Source: Chiloscyllium plagiosum (Eukaryota). From it: a stretch of DNA of 58,989 nt. The notes below the pieces were generated by a model that worked only from the letters and a program-made list of their open reading frames with translations, was not told the DNA's origin and made no database searches. Below are positions 47,510-58,989 of the stretch, one piece after another. The stretch's first letter is position 1, and each line of letters opens with the position of its first letter. The stretch covers positions 11,976,012-12,035,000 of the forward strand of contig NC_057752.1 in assembly GCF_004010195.1 (NCBI RefSeq). The letters are read 5' to 3'. A program made the position numbers and the translations under genes.

Positions 47510-50135
47510 GGAAGAATGGGAGTAATAGGGGCAGGAGAAGGCCATTCAGCCCCTCGAACCTGCCCCCACCATTCAACAAGACCGTGGTGAATCTGCCCCT
47601 AGGCCTCAACGCCTCTTCACTGCCAGCTCCTGATAGCCCTCAACTCCCCAGCTTTTCACACATCCATCTCCCTCCCTCCTCTTTAAATACTTTCTGTGAT
47701 CGAGCCTCCACAACTCTCTGGGGTGGGGGCAGTGTTAGAGAATTCCAGACATTCCCTGGAAGAAGAAATTCCTTCACCTCTCAGTTTTAACCCCTATTCT
47801 GTAACTGCTCCCCCAGTTCGAGATTCCCCCATGAGGGGAAACATCTCAATATCTTCCCTGTTACCCCCCCTCAGAATTGTGTCTGTTTTATTAAGATCAC
47901 CCTCATTCCTCTAAACTCTAATGAATAAAGGCCTAACCTCTTTAGCTGTTGTTGATCAGTCAATGCCTCCAGCCCAGGAATCGGCTGAGTGAACCTGTTT
48001 GGAACTGCCTCAATACCAGTCCATCCTTTCTGAAATACAGGGACAGAAGTCTAGGTGTGGCCTCACCAACACCCTTACTGTCCTAACAAGACCTCCCTGT
48101 TTTTTTAAAAACTCGAGCCACTCTCACGCAGAATTCCATTCCCCTTCTTATTGCTGGCCCCATGGTAATGTTTTGTGTTTCATGCTCAGGAACACCCGGA
48201 TCCCTCTGCACTGTCCTTTATTCTGGACTCTCTCTCTCTCCATTTAAATCACAGTCTGCCTTTTAATTCTTTTTAAAGTGTGTGAGCTCATACATGAAAC
48301 TCCATCTGCCATGTTTGTGTCCACTCAGGTACAGTTCAGGTCCCTGAAAGTGGAGTCCCAGGTAGACAGGGCAGTGAAGAAGGCTTTTAGCACACTGGCC
48401 TTCATCAGTCAGGGCACTGAGTATAGAAATTGGGAAGTTATGTTGCAGTTGTACGGGAAGTTGGTGAAGCCTCACTTGGAGTATTGTGTTCAGTTTTGGT
48501 CACCTTGCTATAGGAAGGATGTTCTTAAACTGGAAAGAGTGCAGAAGAAAGTTACAAGGATGTTGCCAGGACTTAATGATCTGAGTTATAGGGAGAGGTT
48601 GGACAAGCTAGGGCCTTTTGCTTTAGAGTGTAGGAGACTGAGGGGGGACCTTATGGAAGTGTATAAGATCATGAGAGCATGGATAGGGTGAATGCACTCA
48701 GTCTTTTCCCCAGCATTGGGAATCGAGGACTAGAGGACATCAGTTTAAGGTTAGAGGGGATAGAATAAAAGGGAACCTGAGGGGCAATGTTTTTACACGG
48801 TGGGTAGTACGCATATGAAATGAGTGGAAGTGTTTGAGGCAGGCACATTAATGCCATTTAAAAGGCATTTGGACAAATACATGGATAGGAAAGGTTTAGA
48901 AGAATATGGGCCAAGTGCAGGGAAATGGGGTTGGCATGGATGGATATTTTGGTTGACATGGACCAGTTTGGGCCTGTTTCCGTCCTGCAGGACTCTGAGG
49001 TTTATAGAGGTTTATAAAATCATGAGGGGCATGGATAGGGTGAATAGCCCATGTCTTTTCCCAGGGTGGGGAGCCCAAAACTAGAGGGCATAGGTTTAAG
49101 GTGAGAGGAGAAAGATTTAAAAGGGACCAAAGGGACAACTTTTTCACACAGAGGGTGGTGTATGTGTGGAATGAGCTGCCAGAGGAAGTGGTGGAGGCTG
49201 GTACAGTTTCAACATTTAAAAGGCATCTGGATGGGTATATGAATAGGAAGGGTTTGGAGGGATATGGGCCAAATGCTGGCAGGTGGGACTAGATTAATTT
49301 AGGATATCTGGTTGGCATGGACAAGTTGGACCGAAGGGTCTGTTTCCATGCTGTACATCTCTATGACTCTATGACTAAGAGAGGCCTTTGGCAAATATCG
49401 AAGGCTCAAAACAGCAGAATCCCGAGAAGGGTGTAGAATATGCAAGGGGAAACTTAAAAACGAAATCAGGAGAGCAAAAAGGGGGCATTAAAGAATATTG
49501 CCAAGTAGGATAAAGAAGAATCCAGTTACTTTACAGGTCCATTAAGAATAAAAGGAAAAATAGGGAAAGAGTAGAGCCCATAAAGGACCTCAGTGGTAAT
49601 TTATGCATGGGGGCATGGTTCTAAATTAACATTTTGTGCTGGTGTTCACAAGTGAGAGGGATGGTGTGGGTATAGAAATCAGGGAGAAGTGATGTAAAAC
49701 TCTTAAAGATGTTAACATAGAGAGGAGGTTCTAAGTGGTCTGACAAGCTTAAAGGTAGATAATCTCCAGGGCTGGGTGAAATGTATGCGAGGTCATTGAG
49801 TGAGGCAAGGGAGGAAATAGCAAGGGTCTGGTAATAATTTTTAATTCCTCTCTTGCCATAGGAGAAATGCTACAGCACAGGACAACAGCCAATGTGGTAC
49901 TGTTGTTCAAGAAGGGAGCAAGGGATAAACCAGGAAACTACAGGCCAGCCAGCCAGCCTGGTGGTGGGGAAATTGTTGGTAGCAATTCTGAGGGGCAGAA
50001 TTTATCTGCATTTGGAGAGACTGGGATTAATCAAGAATAGTAAGTATGTATTTGAAGGGAAGGTCATGTCTGACAAACTTGGTTGAATTTTTCAAAGAGG
50101 TAACCAGCTGTGTAGATGAGGGCAATGCATTTGAT
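47510..50135. mobile_element. CR1 fragments (minus ~47510-48320; plus ~48325-50135)
   Basis: KPHLEYCVQFW, FFTQRVV and CR1 tails. Confidence 0.88.
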
Positions 50136-50261
50136 ATAAGAGAAGAGGAAGAAGACCTCTTCTTCAGTTGAAGACAAAGATTCTGCCTCCATACTTCAAT
50201 CTGTTATGGTTTGTATACTTTTCTGAATTCAACTAATTTAATTAGTCTTATTTAACTTTTT

Positions 50262-50447
50262 AAAAATGCCAAAGAACTGTGGATGCTGGCAATCAGAAAC
50301 AAAAACAGAAATTGCTGGAAAAACTCACGTCTGGCAATCAGTTATAATCAGTTCTGAAGAAGAGTCACTGGACCTGAAATGTTAACTCTGCTTGCTTTTT
50401 ACAGATGCCTAATCTGCTGAGTTTTTCCAGCAATTTCTGTTTTTGTA
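50262..50447. mobile_element. PLE family B fold-back with hammerhead motif at 50350-50387 (+)
   Basis: AGUU-CUGAAGA-A-GAGUC-ACUG-GACCU-GAAA-UGUU-AACU; the outer arms AAAAACAGAAATTGCTGGAAAAACTCA are inverted. Confidence 0.8.
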
Positions 50448-50559
50448 TCTTGTCTGAATTATTGCTTCTTAGCAAGCATAATAAACCATCTGATATTCTT
50501 TATGAATGGTCAACTGCCAATATGAGGTAATTATGGTCCCAGATCCCAAAATCCAGTGG

Positions 50560-50577
50560 TGGCGTCAGAAGTGGGAT
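50560..50577 (+). promoter_or_regulatory. tRNA-Leu primer-binding site of a decayed LTR element
   Basis: TGGCGTCAGAAGTGGGAT matches 17/18 of the complement of the tRNA-Leu(CAA) 3' end (TGGTGTCAGAAGTGGGAT). AATAAA lies at ~50479 upstream. Confidence 0.7.
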
Positions 50578-51097
50578 TCACACGAGTCAAGGTTATAATC
50601 AAGGTATTAAATTTGAGAAGCAACAGTCCGAGATGACAGTTAAACATCATATGTGGTCCTTAATTGAAACCAGAAGTTACAATGACATTGGTACATGCTA
50701 GGGAATGGTGGACCTGAGTATTTGACTTTAACAAGTGGAGCAGCAGGGCTTACTGGGGTACTAGGGGAATGCAATAGAGATTATGAGTCTACTTTTGATA
50801 AATTCTCCAAGGCGTTTTGGAAGTTTGAAACCTATTTAAAAACAGCCCAGAATAAGCCAGTCGATGGCACCTGTATGTGCCTTACAGCTGAATAAAACAT
50901 ACAAGGAGACAAGGTGAAAGACAAAGTGACAGCTTTTGCTCAGTTGTTTGAAGTTACGACGCCTCCAAAGGCTAAAGTAGCAGCCATTTGAGGACACAGA
51001 AATGTGAACCACCTAAAAAACCTGTGTGAAGAATAGGTAAAATAGGTAATCAAACGTGCTGTTTCCACTGTATTAGGCTGGGTCAGCACACCCACAA

Positions 51098-51580
51098 CAT
51101 TTAAAAGGCATTTGGACAAATCCATGGATAGGAAATGTTTAGAAGGATATGCGCCAAGTGCAGGGAAATGGGGTTAGCGTGGATGGACATTTTTGTCGGC
51201 ATGGACCAGTTTGGGCCTGTTTCCATCCTGCAGGACTCTGAGGTTTATAGAGGTTTATGAAATCATGAGGGGCATGGATAGGGTGAATACCCCAGGTCTT
51301 TTTCCCGGGTTGGGAGCCCAAAACTAGAGGCATAGGCTTGAGCTGAGAGGAGAAAGATTTAAAAGGGACCTAAGGGGCAACATTTTCACTCAGAAGGTGG
51401 TGCGTGTGTGGAATGAGCTGCCAGAGGAAGTGGTGGAGGCTGGTACAATTACAGCATTTAAGATGCATCTGGATGGGTATATGAATAGGAAGGGTTTGGA
51501 GGGATATGGGCCGGGTGCTGGCACATGGGACTAGATTAATTTAGGATATCTGGTCGACATGGACAAATTGGACTGACGGC
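51098..51580 (+). mobile_element. Chimeric double CR1 3' end (copy of 48855-49335)
   Basis: Same internal junction CCTGCAGGACTCTGAGGTTTATAGAGG as at ~48985-49010. Confidence 0.85.
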
Positions 51581-52634
51581 TGTACTAAACTGGATGAGGA
51601 GAGCCTATGTAATATTGGCAGTCGACCATTCATAAGGAATATCAGGGAACACACAAACACATACTCCTGAACCAGTCACACAGAGTGCAGGCAGCTAAGG
51701 CTATGAGGATCAAAGAGAGCCTCAGCAGACCACTGCAGTAGCAACCCAGAATCCCAGGCTAACAAGCCAAAGTCCAGTCTGACCCTTACCTGCCTCCCAG
51801 GGGAGATGGTGTCCTCTCTCCAATATGATGGTTGTGGGACACTGGCAGTCCATATTGTTGATAGTGGAAGCTGTCACCACTAATGCTAGTTGACTCTGCC
51901 TGCTCTGCCACCATTTCAGTGAAATGTAGGAAGTGAAAGGAAACAGTAAGTGAGACTAATTGACTGCTTTCTCCTGGAGGTAGTTGTGTCCTTGCTTATG
52001 AACATTTTAAGAGAGTTAGATAATCTAGGCTCCACATGAAACAACAGTATGAAGTTGGGTTGATATGTGTGCACACATAACATCCACCCCTCATCCCCAA
52101 CATTTGATAGGATCACCTGAAAGTCGAGAATGTACGACATGATGTTGGGAGATTGGTGTAAATGTGTAGAAGTGATTGTTACATCTGGAGTTACTAACAT
52201 GAGGGAATATATGGTCAAATTACATTGAAAAATGAGTCTTGGACATTATGCCTACTTGACAAAATGTTTATTGTGGCCCAAAGAGCAAGAAACCAGATTT
52301 AAATAATCAAGGCATAACACAATGCACGGAGAAATTCATGTTAAGACAATCAAAATGATCTGGTGAGCGGGAAGAACAATTAAAGCAATAGAAATGTTGA
52401 GTTATAACAAGTGAAGAATAAGTGCCATTCAACATGATCATGGCTGATCATCCAGCTCAGTACCCTGTTCCTGCTTTCACTTCATACCCTTTGATCGAAC
52501 ATGGTCAACTTTGACAGGATGGAAAAGGACTGGATTCCTCTCCTTTTCACCCATGTTTTATTTGCAAGCTGATCGCTTGGATAGTAAGTGCCAGTTTTTA
52601 TAGTTCTCTGCTAATTTTCACCAGTTTAATAAGG

Positions 52635-55600
52635 TTCATAGCTCCTTGAAAGTGGAGTCACAGGTAGATGGGATAGTTAAGAAGGCGTTTGGTGTGCTTT
52701 CTTTTATTGGTCAGAGTATTGAGTAGAGGAGTTGGGAGGTCATGTTGCAGCTGTACAGGATATTGGTTAGGCCACTTTTGGAATATTGTGTGCAATTCTA
52801 GTCTACTTCCTATAGGAAGGATGTTGTTAAACTTGAAAGGGTTCAGAAAAGATTTACAAGGATGTTGCCAGGGTTGGAGGATTTGAGCTACAGGGGAATG
52901 AGCTGCCAGAGGATGTGGTGGAGGCTGGTACAATTGCAACATTTAAGAGGCATTTGGATGGGTATATGAATAGGACGGGTTTGGAGGGATATGGGCCGGG
53001 TGCTGGCAGGTGGGACTAGATTGGGTTGGGATATCTGGTCGGCATGGTCGGCTTGGACCGAAGGGTCTGTTTCCATGCTGTACATCTCTATGACTTGTAA
53101 ACATCCGGCCAAAACATGATGAATAGCACCACCTAGAGGAAAGCTATGAAGTGCAAAGGTGAACTTTTTCTCCCCCCAGAAATTGAAGTGAACATTTTGC
53201 AACACAAAATAAAAACTGAAAGTTCTAGAAGCGTGCAACACATTAATCCTGTTATGTAGGTTTATATAGAATATTCAACAAAGAAATAGGCTATTCAGTT
53301 CAGCTTGTGGTCCAAACAAGCCTCCTGTCACCTCTCTTCATCTAATCCCATTGGTATTCCTTTCTTCTTCATGTGTTTTGTTTCCCCTTAAGTGCATCCA
53401 TGCTCAGGAAAAAAGGTTGATCGAGGGCATTTGGATTCCCAGGACGCATCTAGTAAGGGGTCACATAAAAGATTACTGCAAATGGTAGGAGCTCACAGTA
53501 TTGGGGGTAATGTATTAACATGCATTGGGGATTGGTTAACATTAAAGAAAGAGAGTCAAGATGAATGGGTCTTTTTCTGGTTGAAATGTGTGGTGCTGTA
53601 AAAGCACAGCAGGTCAGGCAGCATCCGAAGAGCAGGAGAGTCGACATTTTGAGCATAAGCTCTTCATCAGGAATGTAGGGCGGCCCAAGAGGGCTGAGAG
53701 ATAAATGGAAGCGAGGTGGGCCTGGGGGGAAGGTAGCTGAGAATGCAATAGGTAGATGAAGGTGGGGGGTGATGGTGATAGGTGAAAGAGCTGGGTGGAG
53801 CAGATAGATGGGAAAGAAGATGGACAGGTAGGACAGTTCAAGATGGCGGTGCTGAGTCGCGAGGGTTGAATCTGGGATAAGGTGGCGGGAGGTGAGATAA
53901 GGATTGATTTCTCCAGTATCTGCAGTCCTCACTTTCTCCTCCTTTTCAGGTTGGAAAGACGCAACTAATGAAGTGCCGCAAGGAACAGTCCAAGGCCTCA
54001 ATTATTTGCTATCTCTGTTAATGATTTGGAGGATAGGACAGAGAGTAATGTATCATTGCTGACGATACTAAAGTAGGTGGGAGAGAGGGCATGTTGTGAT
54101 GAGGTCATGAGGAATCTGCAAGAGGATATAGATAGGTTGAGTGAGTAGGTAGAACCTAGAAGATGGAGTTCAATGTAACAAAGTGTGAGGTCATGCACTT
54201 TGGTGGAAGAATCAAAAGGCAAATTATTAAAATGGAGAGAGACTCCAAAAATGTGCAGCATGGAAGGATCTAAGTATTCTCGTGTATGAAACACAAAAAG
54301 CTAGCATGCAGGTGCAGCGAGTAATCAAGAAGACAAAGGTTGTAATAGAGAGAGGGATCGAGAGGGCTGGAGGGTAAAATAGAGAAGTCTTGTTCCAACC
54401 ACACAGGATTTTGATGAGGCTACACCTGCAGTACTGTGTACAGTTTTGGTCCTCATATTTAAGAAAGGATGTCCTGACATCCTTAAAATATTTAAAGAGG
54501 AGGGAGATAGATTTTTGAAATATTGAGGAGTTGGAGGCTGTGATAGGCTACTACAAAACATTACTGAAAATAAGAGCAGGAGGAGGCCAGTCAGCGCTTC
54601 AAGCCTGCTCCGCCATTCAACATGATCATGTCTGATCATCCAACTCGGTACCCTGTTCCTCTTTCTCCCCATACCCTTTGATCCTTTAGCCCGAAGAATT
54701 TTATCTAACTCTTCCTTGAAAACATTCTGGCCTCAACTGTTTTCCATTGCAGAGAATTACACAGACTCACTGCTGTCTGGGTGAAGAAACTTCTCCTCAT
54801 CTCAGTTCCTAAATGACCTCCCCCATATCTGTAAGACTGTGGCTCCTTGTTCTGGACTCCCTGGTCATCGAGAATATTCTTTGCATCCTCACTGTCCACT
54901 GGAGTCGTGCCAGATGATTGGAGAGTGGCAAATGTTATTCCCTTGTTCAAGAAAGGCAATAGGGATAATCCTGGGAATTACAGACCAATCAGTTTTTCAT
55001 CAGTGGTGAGCAAAGTATTGGAGAGGATTCTGAGGGACAGGATTTATGATTACTTGGAAAACCATAGTTTGATTAGAGATAGTCAGCAATGATAGTCATT
55101 GAAGGGCAGGTCATGCTTCACAAGCCTTATTGAATTCTTCAAGGATGTGACAAAACACATTGATGAAGGTAAAACATTGGATATGGTGTATATACGGATT
55201 TTAGTAAGGTGTTTGATAAGGTTCCCCATGGTCGGCTCATTCAGAAAGTAAGGAGACATGGGATACAGGGAAATCTGCCTGTCTGGATGCAGAATTGGCT
55301 GGTCCATAGAAGACATAGGATGGTGGGAGATGGAAAGTCATTGATGAAGGTAAAACATTGGATGTGGTGTATATACGGATTTTAGTAAGGTGTTTGATAA
55401 GGTTCCTTATCAAACGGCTCATTCAGAAAGTAAGGAGACATGGGATACAGGGAAATCTGCCTGTCTGGATGCAGAATTGGCTGGTCCATAGAAGACATAG
55501 GATGGTGGGAGATGGAAAGTATTTAGCTTGGAGCTTGGTGACCAGTGGTGTTCCACAGGGATCAGTTCTGGGACCTCTGCTCTTTGTGGTTTTTATAAAT

Positions 55601-56215
55601 GATTTGAATGAGGAAGTGGAAGGTTGGTTAGTAAATTTGCCAATGCCACAAAGGTTAGTGGAGTTGTGGATAGTGTGGAGGGCTGTTGTAGGTTGCAATT
55701 GGGCATTGACAGGATGCAGAGCTGGGCTGAGAAGTGGCAGATGGAGTTCAACCCAGAAAAGTGTGAAGTGATTCATTTTGCAAGGTCGAATTTGAATGCA
55801 GATTACAGGGTTAAAGACAGGATTCTTGGCAGTGTGAAGGAATGTTGGGATCCTAGGGTCCATGTCCATAGATCCCTCAAAGTTGCCACCCAAGTTGATA
55901 AGGTTGTTAAGAAGGCGGCTGGTGTGTTGGCTTTCATTAGCGGGGGATTGAGTTTAAGAGCCGCAAGGTTATGCTGCAGCTCTATAGAACCCTGGTTAGA
56001 CCACGCTTGGAATATTGTGTTCAGCTCTGGTTGCCTCATTATGGGAAGGATGTGGAAGCTTTAGAGAAGGTGCAGAGGAGATTTACCAGAATGCTGCCTG
56101 GACTGGAGGGCATGTCTTATGTAGAAACGTTGAGAGAGCTAGAGCTTTTCTCATTGGAGTGAAGAAGGATGAGAGATGACTTGATAGAGATGTACAAAAT
56201 GATGAGAGGCATGGA
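52635..56215. mobile_element. Cluster of CR1 fragments with a PLE family-A insertion (~53587-53940) and a 181-bp tandem duplication (55158-55520)
   Basis: CR1 RT motifs ([27 protein letters not shown]). The PLE is flanked by an imperfect C(T/C)TTTTC(T/A)GGTTG duplication. Confidence 0.88.
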
Positions 56216-56574
56216 TAACTATATAATATAGGTAGCTGCCTAACAAGGTCTGCCTCCTTATCCTGAACATCTGTTGATACAATCTATTTCTAGGGGCTGA
56301 TAGTTTACTCAAATCAATCAACCATTTGAATCTTTCTAGCCAATGGACAGGAGACAACTTAAGAGCAAAAGTTCAGCCTCTCAAGATGCCTTGCCATTCC
56401 ATAAGATCATGGCTGATCTGCCCCAGGCCTCACCTCCTCCTCCTCAACCAGACTGATTCCTGAGCTGCCTCCTTCAGATGAAAAGTGGTTCAAGACTGAA
56501 GGAGGCCTTTGCCTGAAGACAAGGATGTTGCATCCACCCCTTCAATCTCTTACAGGTCATATACCTTTCTGTCT

Positions 56575-56736
56575 GGGGGTCGGTTTAGCTCAGTTGGCTG
56601 GATGGCTAGTTTGCGAAGCAGTATGATGCCCACAGTGTGGGTTCAATCCCCCTACCAGCTGAGGACACCATGAAGGATTCTCCTTGTTAACCTCACCTGA
56701 GATGTGGTAGTCCTCAGGTTAAATCACTACCAGTTG

Positions 56737-56767
<31 letters not shown>

Positions 56768-56806
56768 GAGAGAGCAGCCCTATGGACTGGTAAGATTATG
56801 GCTACT
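56575..56806 (+). mobile_element. tRNA-derived SINE (second family); an inverted head copy lies at ~57420-57515
   Basis: TAGCTCAGTTGG A box, GGTTCAATCCC B box, flanking TTTCTG(T/A)CT duplication. Confidence 0.8.
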
Positions 56807-57149
56807 TGTCTTTTCTGACTAATGAAGAACTTAGCTTATCTCAATTGTTGCTTGAAAAACTGAATATTTCTTGCAGACGGTTGACTGCCCATATTAGGAA
56901 ACTGTGGTCCCTCTTTTCTCATGTGCAATTTGTTTTTGCCTTTGAGCGATCAACGGTCACTTCAGCAACTCTGTTTTATACACTATGAAAGCTCTTAAAA
57001 CTTGTTATATTCTTGGCTAAATATTATACTTGTACCATATCAATTTTTTTGGTCACGCTTTGCAGATAATCTGAAACATCCTGAATCCTCAGATTTTATA
57101 CTATACTTTACAACATTATAAGCCTCCTCTTTTAACTATAGGGAAGCTC

Positions 57150-57390
57150 AGTTGTTAGTGCCAGGGATCTGGGTTCTGTTCTAGCCTCAGATGATTAACT
57201 ATTCCGAGTTTGCACATTCTCCCCGTGTCTGAGTGGGTTTCTGCCAGGTGCCTTCCAGAGTCCAAAGGTGTGCAGATTAGGTGGACTGACCATGGGAAAT
57301 GCAGGGGTCAGGGGATAGGTTGGGATGCTTTTTGGAGAGTCGGTGTAGACTCGTTGGGCCAAGTGGATTCCTTGTAGAGATTCTATGATT
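57150..57390 (+). mobile_element. Degenerate HE1-type SINE
   Basis: GAGTTTGCACATTCTCCCCGTGTCTG core. Confidence 0.8.
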
Positions 57391-57611
57391 ATCCTCGGGT
57401 CAAGTCACCAGAAATGGGACCTTCACGGTGACTTCAGCCAAAATGGGAATTGAACCCATGCGGTTGGTGTCATTCTGCATTGCAAACCAGCTAACCATCC
57501 AACTGAGCTAATTGACAGCCACCCCCACTGCATTCAGACAAAGAGTCTTTAATGGTTTTCCATAATTATTCCTTGCACGGAACATGTTTGATTTTGTATG
57601 ACTATTATATT

Positions 57612-57929
57612 CTCTTGTAGAGGGGGGAAGTGAGCTTCTTCAAGGAAGGCATCCATGCAAGAGGATTCGCAGTAGGTTAAAATCTTCTAGGAGAAAGTGA
57701 GGACTGCAGATGCTGGAGATCAGAGCTGAAAATGTGTTGCTGGAAAAGCGCAGCAGGTCAGGCAGCATCCAAGGAGCAGGAGAATCGACATTTCGGGCAT
57801 GAGCCCTTCTTCAGGAATCATGCCCGAAACGTCGATTCTCCTGCTCCTTGGATGCTGCCTGACCTGCTGCGCTTTTCCAGCAACACATTTTCAGCTCTGA
57901 TCTCCAGCATCTGCAGTCCTCACATTCTC
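57612..57929. mobile_element. Young PLE family A fold-back (near-perfect ~120-bp arms)
   Basis: ~57690-57801 versus ~57818-57930 are reverse complements; TSD CTATTATATT at 57602-57611 and 57930-57939. Confidence 0.9.
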
Positions 57930-58287
57930 CTATTATATTATTTGTTCCACTTTCTCATTGATTGACTAGGCCAGCATTTATAGTCCATCCCTGACTGTCC
58001 TGCAGAAGATGGCGGCAGGCTGACTTCTTGAACTGCTGCAAGGTGGTGTCGGGGGTACCAACAGTGCTGTTAGAGAGGAAGTTCCAGGATTTTGAGTCAG
58101 CAGCGCTGAAGGAAAAGCAATATATTTCCAAGATTTCAGTAAGGCATTTGATAAGGTTCCCCACGGCAGGCTCATTCAGAAAGTTAGGAGGGATGGGGAT
58201 ACAGGGAAATCTGGCTGTCTGAATACAGAATTGGCTGGCTGAAAGAAGACAGCGAATGGTAGTGGATGGAACATATACTGCCTGGAG

Positions 58288-58989
58288 GTCATAGAGTCAT
58301 AGAGATGTACAGCATGGAAACAGACCCTTCGGTCCAACCCGTCCATGCCGGCCAGATATCCCAACCCAATCTAGTCCCACCTGCCAGCACCCGGCCCATA
58401 TCCCTCCAAACCCTTCCTATTCATATACCCATTCAGATGCCTCTTAAATGTTGCAATTATACCAGCCTCCACCACATCCACTGGCGGCTCATTCAATACA
58501 CGTACCACCCTCTGTGTGAAAAGGTTGTCCCTTAGGTCTCTTTTATATCTTCCCCTCTCACCTTAAACCCTCTAGTTCTGGACTCCCCGACCCCAGGGAA
58601 AAGACTTTGCCTATTTATCCTATCCATGCCCCTCATAATTTTGTAAAAATCTATAAGGTCAGCCCTCATCCTCCGACGCTCCAGGGAAAACAGCCCCAGC
58701 CTGTTCAGCCTCTCCCTGTAGCTCAAATCCTCCAACCCTGGCAACATCCTTGTAAATCTTTTCTGAATCCTTTCAAGTTTCACAACATCTTTCCGATAGG
58801 AAGAAGACCAAAATTGCACGCAATATTCCAACAGTGGCCTAACTAATGTCCTGTACAGCCACAACATGACCTCCCAACTCCTGTACTCAATACTCTGACC
58901 AATAAAGGAAAGCATACCAAACGCCTTCTTCACTATCCTATCTACCTGCGACTCCACTTTCAAGGAGCTATGAACCTGCACTCCAAGGT
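58288..58989 (-). mobile_element. Young CR1 3' end, continuing beyond the window
   Basis: Open 149-aa RT C-terminus (58532-58981) and (CTATGACT)n tail. Confidence 0.94.

Noticed and set aside
53124..53139. CTCF-like motif (minus CCTCTAGGTGGTGCTA)
   Set aside because: A single short motif in probable repeat-derived DNA with no supporting evidence.

Overview
Repeat-dense vertebrate DNA, most likely from a shark or other elasmobranch (HE1-type SINEs, abundant CR1/HER1-type LINEs, a Deu-domain SINE), with two assembly gaps. There are two host genes, both on the minus strand. SPRYD4 is complete in two exons (38999-38903 + 36520-35982, 211 aa). A TNF-receptor-superfamily gene is represented by its 5' part (probable signal-peptide exon 19742-19713, CRD1 exon 10372-10279). 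The rest is mostly nested mobile DNA: a 5'-complete L1, many CR1 fragments, RTE and L2/CR1-group LINEs, SINEs, a solo LTR, a Harbinger remnant and a 14-bp minisatellite. Two signals stand out. (1) At least four unrelated Penelope-like element (PLE) terminal-repeat families carry minimal hammerhead-ribozyme motifs with family-specific, base-paired helices. They occur as about a dozen short, often fold-back, insertions, many with 10-16 bp TSDs, including inside both host genes. (2) A decayed LTR-gag-env-LTR retrovirus-like element has no visible pol, and a sense-oriented 28S rRNA fragment abuts the truncated gag. All family assignments come from motif recognition by eye, not from database searches, and repeat boundaries are approximate.
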